Shown here piece after piece: positions 28,882 through 37,400 of a DNA stretch of 64,000 nucleotides (the stretch's first letter is position 1; each line of letters opens with the position of its first letter). Position numbers and translations under genes: made by a program. Source of the stretch: a virus; the IMG/VR virus record IMGVR_UViG_3300028563_000011, positions 46,592-110,591 of that record; one strand, 5' to 3'. The notes beneath the pieces were generated by a model. It worked only from the letters and a program-made list of their open reading frames with translations. It had not been told where the DNA came from and did not search any database.

Positions 28882-29438
28882 GAGTACCTACCTTTGATCA
28901 ACTTAAGTTGTTTTTGTAGTCTTTTAATAGTGCTTGTACGTACTGTAGCTAATGAATCATAATACCCTACATCCCTTGGCTTACCGTAATGACGAGCACC
29001 ACTAACCCGGTCTCCAGATATTGTCTCTGCTTTAGGGTAAAGACGTTTGAGTTGTCTAGCTATATCTCGAACACTACTAGAGCCAAGACCCAAAGGTTTA
29101 TCAAAAGCTGATACTGCACTTTCATTTTCTGGACTAGACTCAATACTCAAATCCTTACCTACCCATTCTACGTACAAATGCTTAGGATCTGCAACATTCA
29201 AAACAACTGAACCAACCCTTTGGTTAAATACATCCCTAATATGATAATGATCGTATTGTTCTCCTGGCTGTACAATTTCTTTATGACTAAATACAAGGTA
29301 AGGTTTAGAACCAGAAGAGGACCACTTCCCAGATTTATCTCTAGGCTCTTCCGGGTTGAAAGCTTTGTTCATTCCCTGCTGGACCTTTACCAGGTCCAGT
29401 TGAAGGTTCATGATCTGTAGTTGTGTTTGAAGGCCCAC
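28869..29438 (-). CDS. Tagged putative internal head protein (cargo possibly GNAT-like)
   Basis: Leader + MNKAFNPEEPRDKSGKW tag, nearly identical to the portal tag. Confidence 0.6.
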   Translation of the reverse strand: MGLQTQLQIMNLQLDLVKVQQGMNKAFNPEEPRDKSGKWSSSGSKPYLVFSHKEIVQPGEQYDHYHIRDVFNQRVGSVVLNVADPKHLYVEWVGKDLSIESSPENESAVSAFDKPLGLGSSSVRDIARQLKRLYPKAETISGDRVSGARHYGKPRDVGYYDSLATVRTSTIKRLQKQLKLIKGRYSCLA

Positions 29439-29480
29439 AGATAAGCGTCCTTAACTTTAGGGTTTAGAAAAACACTAAAG

Positions 29481-29673
29481 AGAATTTTATTCTTCGCAAC
29501 CTTAAGCGACGTGAAGAATTTTATTCTAGATCTTCCTAGGACGAAGAGAATAATTTTCTTTTACGGGGTAAAGCATATTTGTACTTTATTACAAAAGGAT
29601 CAGCTTTTAGTGTTTTAACTTGTAAAGAGAATAATATTCTCTGGTCGCCTGGGCGAAGACGGAATAATATTCT
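29481..29673. repeat. Five 13-bp quasi-palindromic repeats (A/G)GAATWWTWTTCT in an AT-rich intergenic region
   Basis: Copies start at 29481, 29515, 29547, 29628 and 29661 (spacing 34, 32, 81, 33). Confidence 0.8.
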
Positions 29674-30127
29674 CTAAAGACACTTAATCAATAAATAATT
29701 CATTAATCAGTAATTTAGGCAACAAAGATTTCAGCAACACAAAGGATACCACTCACGCTTTTGTATTAATATACAAAAGGGAAACATATTCCAATCAAAA
29801 CTACCATCCACGAAAAGTATTCTACCAACTTTAATCTTTGATTCTCACTCATACGCTCTCAAATTCTTATAGAAGGCCAAGGGCGAGTTTTACAGGTCCG
29901 CCGCTAGGGGTGTGGAGGGCAACCCGTTTTAACTTTCCTACGACGATCCTTGAGCCTTACAGACTTAGTCCATCAAGGATGGAAGCTCGATGTCACCTAA
30001 AAAGTGCGGGCTTATCCTATGCCGGCCCCCGCTTGCACCAAGTTGCAACCAATATTCCAGATCACAACCAGACCTCCGCTCCACTTTGAGTTCCGGAACT
30101 CATTGGTAGGGGCCACCATCTCTAAAG

Positions 30128-30349
30128 TTACACCCAGAAAGCCCTAGGAGGGTCAACTAACGTACCATTAGCTTCAAGCACAGCAGCCCAAAAAGCCTTA
30201 GCCTCTGGGGTTTTAGATTTGCACTTTTGCATACGAGCGTGAGTAATACGATGATTTCTCGGCCAACTACGATCTTGCTTAAGGAATTCCTCAACGCTAA
30301 GAGTTGTAATATCTACGTTCACTTGACTTCCTTTATGCTTTGCTGGCAT
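30128..30349 (-). CDS. Hypothetical protein
   Basis: ORF overlapping the upstream small gene. Confidence 0.45.
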   Translation of the reverse strand: MPAKHKGSQVNVDITTLSVEEFLKQDRSWPRNHRITHARMQKCKSKTPEAKAFWAAVLEANGTLVDPPRAFWV

Positions 30350-30504
30350 AGGATTTCTGCTGCCTCCGCTAGAGTGTGGATGTCTACAAAGAATTGTCTT
30401 GCTATTTGTAGCATACTCCTACGAGCGTCTTCGTCAGGTTCCTTTTCTTCAACAAAAGAAGCCTCAATAATCAAAAAGGCAGCTTCGATTTCTCTAACAC
30501 TCAT
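30319..30504 (-). CDS. Hypothetical protein (start reassigned to MSVRE)
   Basis: GGAG RBS upstream; the longer track ORF overlaps the tRNA. Confidence 0.45.
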   Translation of the reverse strand: MSVREIEAAFLIIEASFVEEKEPDEDARRSMLQIARQFFVDIHTLAEAAEILCQQSIKEVK

Positions 30505-30524
30505 TTTGATGTTTCTCCATAGTG

Positions 30525-30601
30525 TGGTGCTGCTAGATAGATTCGAACTACCAACCGACTGCTTACAAGGCAGCTGCTCTACCAATTGGAGCTATAGCAG
30601 C
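30525..30601 (-). tRNA. tRNA-Thr(TGT), CCA encoded
   Basis: Reverse complement GCTGCTATAGCTCCAATTGGTAGAGCAGCTGCCTTGTAAGCAGTCGGTTGGTAGTTCGAATCTATCTAGCAGCACCA. Confidence 0.92.
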
Positions 30602-30612
30602 AAAGAGTGTAA

Positions 30613-30710
30613 GACTGATAAAGCCTGCCTCGACAGCTTTTTGATCGAAGTGGCTAGATAAACTGTTTGACCGCGAGCGAGGACGGTCCAGGCCACTTAC
30701 TTTATCAGTC
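30613..30710 (-). ncRNA. Putative structured RNA, copy 1 (unknown family)
   Basis: 11-bp closing stem GACTGATAAAG/CTTTATCAGTC; inner stems AAGTGGC/GCCACTT and GACCG/CGGTC with loop TCCTCGCTCG; covaries with copy 2. Confidence 0.65.
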
Positions 30711-30763
30711 CAACCTCACTTCATCCAAAGGCGTACACCTTACTGTGGATGAAGCGAAGGATA

Positions 30764-31204
30764 CTACTTCTCAAAGACTTTGGGTACGTGACCTTCACGT
30801 ATCTTAGCCTTTATCTGTGATGCTAGACGCGTAGCAAGTTGCACATCATAATCTGGCCTACTCGCCCAGTACTGCATCTTATCACTTGCATGAGCAAGCT
30901 CAGTATGAGCACGTTTAGCCTTTGCAGGGTCTTCAGCTGTCTTTGCTAAGTGACTCAAGTATACATACGCTGCAAAGTGCTTAGCCCAATTTGCAGTTGG
31001 GTTAGGTTGCCTGCCTGACCAAGGGACTTTCTTACCACCCCCATACATCTGCTTATCAGAATAAACAATCCCCATACCAGGAGAAGAACTAAATCGACCA
31101 AATTTGTCATGATAAGGATCAGCTTTAGCCAAACAACCAAACAATGCTACTGACTCTCGTAAAGAGTCAATTCTCTGGGCTAGGACTTGAGTTGTATTCA
31201 CCAT
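30764..31204 (-). CDS. Tagged putative internal head protein
   Basis: Leader QRIDSLRE...LAKA + DPYHDKFGRFSS tag + helical cargo domain. Confidence 0.6.
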   Translation of the reverse strand: MVNTTQVLAQRIDSLRESVALFGCLAKADPYHDKFGRFSSSPGMGIVYSDKQMYGGGKKVPWSGRQPNPTANWAKHFAAYVYLSHLAKTAEDPAKAKRAHTELAHASDKMQYWASRPDYDVQLATRLASQIKAKIREGHVPKVFEK

Positions 31205-31219
31205 CCTTAGTCCTTTAGG

Positions 31220-31405
31220 GAGTTAGAGGAAGACTAACAGCTGGCCCCGACCAGTTATGCCAAGTGTCAAGCTATATTCTTCAGGCCTTTCGGTGTTCCC
31301 AGTATACGTACCAAGATTGTACATAGTAACCGAGCCGGTTATCTCCCAAAGCCAACAGCGAGCGAGGACTGTCCAAGACACTTACTTTTAGTCTTCCCCT
31401 AACTC
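31220..31405 (-). ncRNA. Putative structured RNA, copy 2 (unknown family)
   Basis: 18-bp closing stem overlapping the terS 3' end; AAGTGTC/GACACTT; GACAG/CTGTT with the identical loop TCCTCGCTCG. G-U pairs indicate the minus strand. Confidence 0.65.
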
Positions 31406-31891
31406 TTCTACATACGCCGCTGCATCAATATCAAGTTCATTAACATGTCCATTTGTATACCCACTAGACTCACCTGATGCAATCTTACCCAGTGCCTTCT
31501 CCATAGTCAATAACTCAGTCTCTGACAAACCCTTCAAAGCCTCAGGAGGTAATGCTAGAACCTGCACTGTACCTTTAAGAGTAGTAGCTGTAAGCTTTGG
31601 TGTGAAACAATTAAGCAATCTATCAGCAGCCCACTTCTTATCATCCCAAGAAACAGGATACTCCCATTTATTTCTACCACTACCACCAGTAGCCCTATTT
31701 GCTCTAAGCACCATCAACATAAAATCCAGTGGCATAATACCACCATTTGCTATATGTGCCTCTGCTGCTTTTTCTCGTAATTGCACAGGCATTTTGTTCT
31801 TAGCACCCTGTGGCCTACCCTGTGTATGATTACCACCATTAAAATGACGATTATCAACAGTACCCTCTTTCGTGATACGTACACGCTTCAT
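31388..31891 (-). CDS. terS: Terminase small subunit
   Basis: GRPQGAKNK...PLDFMLMVLR...AA...PKL pattern typical of TerS; upstream of terL. Confidence 0.7.
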   Translation of the reverse strand: MKRVRITKEGTVDNRHFNGGNHTQGRPQGAKNKMPVQLREKAAEAHIANGGIMPLDFMLMVLRANRATGGSGRNKWEYPVSWDDKKWAADRLLNCFTPKLTATTLKGTVQVLALPPEALKGLSETELLTMEKALGKIASGESSGYTNGHVNELDIDAAAYVEELGED

Positions 31892-32060
31892 GACTTTTTG
31901 ACCCTCTTTTTATCTGATCCCCTGATTTTATGAAATCAAGGAAATCAATTTATTAGGGTGTATATTACTTCAATTGATTAATCAAGTTGATTTTAATAAT
32001 ATAAAATCATTAGTACTACAAAACAATAACACTAGCACCCATAGCAATATATTTGTGTAT

Positions 32061-32654
32061 TCACTTGTATTTACCTTCAAACTTTGCTCGCTCAAGCCAC
32101 TTATCAACAAACTCAGCATCATATTTACGTTCTAATGTAAAAGCATCATCCAACCCCAACCAACAACGAAATCTTTCCCATAACGTCAACCAGTGTATTT
32201 TACCACTACGCATATACAACAAAGGACCATCAATGTGATCCCAATTAATTTCTGGTACAGCATCTTTGTCAAACTGAACTGCAACACCAAATCCTATGTA
32301 AATAAAATTGGCTCTTATCATTGCGTCTCTTGCTTGGTCATTCATTATCTTATTTACTTCTTTGGTTACTTCACGAAACGTTGTTTCAAACATATCTGAC
32401 TTACAAGGGTAATACCCACCTTTGATACCACGAATTATCCAATCTCCTGAAGTAGCCGTCATTTCCCCTTCTTTAGTCTGAACAACAAGAACAAAAGCAT
32501 TCATTAGTGGCAAAAGTTGGGCAGAAGTATTACCCCCTGACCAAGCTTCTATCTCATCTGCTGATGTAATTGAGCCATCCCATTGGATTGCCTCAACTTC
32601 AACAGGTTTGTTTACAAATCTACGTGCTGCCATTTTGAACTTAACTTTCTTCAA
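32061..32654 (-). CDS. Conserved phage protein (KPVxVEAIQW...TxEG...GDWII.G...YPCK domain) fused to an unknown C-terminal part
   Basis: Recognisable widespread phage domain in the N-terminal ~95 aa. Confidence 0.6.
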   Translation of the reverse strand: MKKVKFKMAARRFVNKPVEVEAIQWDGSITSADEIEAWSGGNTSAQLLPLMNAFVLVVQTKEGEMTATSGDWIIRGIKGGYYPCKSDMFETTFREVTKEVNKIMNDQARDAMIRANFIYIGFGVAVQFDKDAVPEINWDHIDGPLLYMRSGKIHWLTLWERFRCWLGLDDAFTLERKYDAEFVDKWLERAKFEGKYK

Positions 32655-32919
32655 TAACTCTAATCAAGACTTTGACTATATCACGCATTAAGGCTAATTC
32701 CACACTTGTAATATTGAATTGTATCTGAAGTTCTTGATTCTTTTTTACATAAGACTCAACCTCTTCCATATACTTATTTCGTTGATCCTGCAATACTTTA
32801 TTCGTTTTATTCAAGTTATTAATACGTTGGTGAAGAGCATTATTCTCTTCTAACCACCTCTTACTCTCTTCCAACCACTTCTTTCTGTCATATGGATTTT
32901 TACGTAAAGTGGGCGGCAC
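32641..32919 (-). CDS. Hypothetical coiled-coil protein
   Basis: Heptad pattern. Confidence 0.45.
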   Translation of the reverse strand: MPPTLRKNPYDRKKWLEESKRWLEENNALHQRINNLNKTNKVLQDQRNKYMEEVESYVKKNQELQIQFNITSVELALMRDIVKVLIRVIEES

Positions 32920-32964
32920 GTTCGGGTACTTGTTTCATTTTCGGTTGCAATTTTCTTTTCGTGT

Positions 32965-33246
32965 TCATTTTGTGAGGTCTACCTTTTCCAAACCAGCTTC
33001 CATCCAATAACGATACAAAGCACGCTCAGCTAGGACAATATTGTCCTCTATATCTGCAAGAGGTAACACATACTCATTTAGTTCCACTGAATTTTCTTTG
33101 GGATCCCGTTTGGTATAAGATCCCCCCTTAAGATCGTGAAGTACTCTTACAAACGGAGTTATCTTCACTACTGTTCTTGTTGTGCCTTTTGGCCATTCGG
33201 GATGAGTTACTATATCACCAGGCTTAAGAGAATGAGGATCCGCCAT
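32965..33246 (-). CDS. Hypothetical protein
   Basis: ORF in operon order. Confidence 0.5.
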   Translation of the reverse strand: MADPHSLKPGDIVTHPEWPKGTTRTVVKITPFVRVLHDLKGGSYTKRDPKENSVELNEYVLPLADIEDNIVLAERALYRYWMEAGLEKVDLTK

Positions 33247-33247
33247 T

Positions 33248-33817
33248 TTAACTTATTCCCTTGTTTTCTGTTTTATTCTTTAAGCGCCAAATAGCTCCCG
33301 CCAAAGCGCTATGAGAGACTCCGAGTAGACGTTCTATATCGTTTCTAGGCATTTTTAGCTTCAAACACTCTTCTAATTTATCATACTCCACTTGAGTCCA
33401 ACGCATTTTAGAACCCCTCCAATACACAGCACGAGGGTCTTGAGCTTTGTGAGCATCTGCAATAATTTGTCTCACTACATGCAATTCAAGGCTAAGTCTA
33501 TCACAAATTGCCTTTACTGGTACATCATTGGAATACAACTCTAAGCACATATCTGTGATTGTCTTTACCTTTTTCTTAGGTTTAACCGTTAAAATTGGTG
33601 GTGTTTTAAGTTCTTCTACCTTATTCTTTGGAGGGTTATACCCATTAGGGTAATACTCTTCAATCCTTGTGCCTTTAGGCAAGGCTGACTGCAAAGCATG
33701 CAGAGTTGGTTCTCTAACACCATCAACTTCCCAAAGTTTGGTATCTAGGTAAAATATAGGATGAACCGTATTAGCCACCTGAGGAATTATCCTCATTTCG
33801 GAACTATAACAACACAA
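33248..33817 (-). CDS. HTH protein with C-terminal GcrA-like domain
   Basis: MRWTQVEYDKL...MPRNDIERLLGVSHSALAGAIWRL resembles the GcrA N-terminal HTH (WTxExxxxL...SxxQIAxxLGVTRNAVIGKxHRL). Confidence 0.55.
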   Translation of the reverse strand: MCCYSSEMRIIPQVANTVHPIFYLDTKLWEVDGVREPTLHALQSALPKGTRIEEYYPNGYNPPKNKVEELKTPPILTVKPKKKVKTITDMCLELYSNDVPVKAICDRLSLELHVVRQIIADAHKAQDPRAVYWRGSKMRWTQVEYDKLEECLKLKMPRNDIERLLGVSHSALAGAIWRLKNKTENKGIS

Positions 33818-34095
33818 CTTCCTTTTATTTCTTTGGATGAAAACTGTGCAGTACGTTCTTCAAACAAAATAAATCCTTTTTCTATCATTGCTTCTAATAA
33901 GCTATTAGCAATTGATCTCTTCTGATAAGAAATCATGAGCTCTTGATACAAGTTAGCTTGATTTAATACAGCCTCTGATATAAGCGCAGTGTTCATCAAT
34001 AGTTGAATCCGCTCTTTTGGATAAACCTTGAATCCACGCTCTTCAAGTTCTTTCTTCAAAGACTCAGTTGAAGTTAAAGCTAGATTAGTCTTCAT
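33793..34095 (-). CDS. Hypothetical protein
   Basis: ORF in operon order. Confidence 0.45.
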   Translation of the reverse strand: MKTNLALTSTESLKKELEERGFKVYPKERIQLLMNTALISEAVLNQANLYQELMISYQKRSIANSLLEAMIEKGFILFEERTAQFSSKEIKGSCVVIVPK

Positions 34096-34097
34096 AT

Positions 34098-34394
34098 TTA
34101 CATCCCTTTGTACTTACCAATCCTTACTTTGTGTAGAGTTTCTCTCACAATTGATCGCCAACACTTTTCAGCAGCTATGATGCTATCCCGTAAGTGAGCT
34201 TCTGCTCTTAATGCTCGATACCTCCAAGTTGCTCCTACTGAATCATAAATCTCAGCAGGCTTCAAGGAAGCAGCATTAACAACAGTTAATCCTCTTACTC
34301 TTAATTCTGACATAATCCAAGGTGTGTCAAAAGGCCAATTAGACATGTCAGGCGCTTTAACTGTACGCCTAAACTTCTCATCTTCAGGTAACAT
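34098..34394 (-). CDS. Hypothetical protein
   Basis: ORF in operon order. Confidence 0.45.
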   Translation of the reverse strand: MLPEDEKFRRTVKAPDMSNWPFDTPWIMSELRVRGLTVVNAASLKPAEIYDSVGATWRYRALRAEAHLRDSIIAAEKCWRSIVRETLHKVRIGKYKGM

Positions 34395-34400
34395 TTAGCT

Positions 34401-37400
34401 TTATCCACACTTGGAATCCCCACAATTAATACATACCCAACAACTCGATTGCTTAATTACGGTAAATCCTCCGCATTTAGTACATTTGGTTCCATGCAAA
34501 TTGGTTGAATCAGTTACTTGAAACTTTCCTTCAAGATTTTCTGGTAACTTAAAGACATCCTGTTCTGGAGGTATTAACTCAAGCCAACGGAAGTGTTCTT
34601 CAATCGTAAAGCCTACAGCAGCGACTAGAGAGTTAACATATTTTTGTTTATACCAAGTCCCCCCTCTTGCTGAACAAACTTGCTTCAACTCCTCAATGAT
34701 GAAAGAAGAATCCACTTCTCGCCTAAAGATTGCAGTTATGAGTAAAGATAAAGCTTTTATCCATTCCTCGTGTTCTGAGTTTTTAGAGTTAATGAAGATC
34801 TCAAAGGGACGACGTTGGCCCTTTTGATCTATATAGTCATTGATGTTTATATACAATGCGTTATCAGACAAGGGCCATTTGATCCGATAACGTCTCCCAT
34901 CCAAAACTTCCTGCATGGGGACTTTTTCAAGTGGAACTATAGGAGCCTCTTTCTTCTCGGAAAGAACCTCTCCACGCTCAGACCTGGGGTCTGGGCGGTA
35001 CGTTGTACAACCCTTCAACCCCAACTTGTAAGCCTTAGTGTAGACTTCCTTAAAATCCTCGAAAGACATCTCGGTAGGACAATTGATAGTTTTAGAGATT
35101 GCGGAGTCTACAAATTCTTGAGCCGCAGCTTGCATCTCTAAATGCTGATCAACAGTAAGGTCTTTGGCAGTTACAAAGTATTCTGGTACCTCAATAGAAC
35201 CAATAGGGGAGTGAGGGGAAGTCACTTCATGATACTGAAGATACCCATAATCGTAAACCTCATAAGTCTTCTTAGTCCCATCTGGACCTAAAACCTTACG
35301 CTCGTAATTGTGTAAGAAAACAGGCTCAATACCTGAAGACACATTCCCCGCTAACAAAGATATTGTACCTGTTGGCGCTATTGACATCAATAGCGCATTG
35401 CGAATACCATACTTTTGGATATCTCCAATAATGTCTTTTGGTAAAGTTTGTACAAACTTACCTAGTGTGTACTTGATCCTATCAAATAACGGGAACGGCC
35501 CCCGCTCTTTTGCTAGTTCAATAGAAGCTCTATAAACAGCATAACACAACTCCTTTGTTATCTTCTTGGTTAATTGTATTGCAGTTGTAGAACCATAAGC
35601 AACACGAAGTTGCTGTAAAGCATTTGCTAATCCAGTATAACCAATACCAAGCCTACGCTTGTTTAACGCTTCTTCACGCTGAGCCTCTGTAGGGAAACGG
35701 GTTTCATCTAAAACATTATCTAAAAAGCGAACAAGGCTTGTTGCTGCAGTACGTAAAGCATCATAATCAAACCTAGGACTACTTGTAAATGGGTCCTTGA
35801 CCATAACTGCTAAGTTAACATGTCCTAAATTACAGTCACCATTTGCCGGAAGCATTTGCTCCCCACAATTCGAGATTTTTATACCACTAAGTGCTTGATT
35901 TTCATACCTTTCTACAAAGTTAGAACTTGTTATCACTGCATAGTTATGAAACTCGTCTACCGTCAGGTTATAGACATCCCCATAGCCGCAAGGTTGTACT
36001 AAAACGACCTTATGATTAGACCCAGAACCGGCTCTAAATTCTCCTGTTCTTCGTGACAAAGCAACCTTTGCTGTATGTTCTGCAGAATGCTTCCGCCCTT
36101 TCATCTTCAAACTGTGTTTTCTACCAGTCTCTAATTTTTCCTCTAGAGAACGGTTAGCACTAGCTTGAGATGCTAAAACCATAGCACATTTACGTGAACA
36201 ACACTTACGCTTTCCAGCCCCTGTCTCTAATGATTTAGCTCTTACTACAAACGCCTTGCCACAACCCTTACACACCTTTTCAAAGTTAAAGGCTAACTTT
36301 GACATAGAAATGCTCAAAGTTTCTCTGTGCTCTTCGGTCCAACCTTCTTTCACTGATTGTTTCCACCCCTCAAAATAATCAGGGTCTTGATTACGCTCAA
36401 TAGTTTTATCCCCAATCTTACGCTTAGTTTCAACTGAATGTTGCTTACCCCACATTCCATTCGATTCACCAGAAATTGAGGCACTCATATTATTACGATA
36501 AACTTGCTTTTGTTCTTCAGTTAACCCCTGCCACCAAAAACGCATGGGATTATTATCGCCTAGCTTATGATCCCTATTATGATCTTCAGCCAATTTAACT
36601 TCAATGTTATCCCAATCATTATTTTGATGATTACCGTCTACGTGATGGCAATGATATTGACCTCGCTTACGGCCCCAATCAAATTTACGACCGTACTTTG
36701 CTTCAGCAATTAAGTGGTATTCAGGCGTCTTAACCCCTCCTCCAAAACGAGTAACACTAACATCACCCCACTTGGTTAAAATTTGATCGTGTCTAAATAG
36801 ACTATCACCCTCTCTCAAATCCTTAGCCTCAACCTCTCCTCCATCCCGTAGCGGAAATTTATGATCAGGAGTAACCTTAAGACAACTACTATCATCTAAT
36901 ACTACCTTAACAAGCTCTGCATTCTTCCGAGTCAACCTAGGATTACGCCCCCACCTAACAATAGTTTCGCCACTTTGGGGATCAACAGCAAACACAGGAA
37001 TGTCTTTACCCTCATCAGCTAATTGTTGAATTGTAACTGAACCCCGACCTGCTACTGCAATCAAAGTCTCTCCTACTACACAAGGATTACAGCAATGAAT
37101 ATGCTCACAATAGTAAAGATTATTCCATGTATTTACTCTATCGATAAAAAGAATACCAGGCTCAGCATAAATATAAGTATTCTCAATAATGAGATTCCAT
37201 AACTCTCTGGCCTTTAACCGCTTATAAACGTAATGTGTCTGACCATCACGCTCATAAACGTCAACATGATTATTATCCGCTCTTGGAACCGTAAAATACA
37301 AGTCCCAATCTTTATCATTCTCAAGGGCTTCCATAAAAGCATCAGTAACAAGTACTGAGATATTAAAATTTGTCAACTTTCCTTTCTCACGCTTTGCTAA

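Noticed and set aside
29481-29673. CRISPR mini-array
   Set aside because: Repeats are only 13 bp with about 20-bp and irregular spacers, and no cas genes are present; better explained as protein-binding sites.
30505-30585. N-terminal extension of ORF 30319..30585
   Set aside because: It overlaps tRNA-Thr; a downstream ATG with RBS is more plausible.
30613-31405. Assignment of the repeated RNA as an HDV-like/theta ribozyme or hammerhead
   Set aside because: The loop contains UCCUCGC as in HDV L3, but I could not build the P1/P1.1/P2/P3/J4-2 topology. CUGAAGA occurs in only one copy. Left unassigned.
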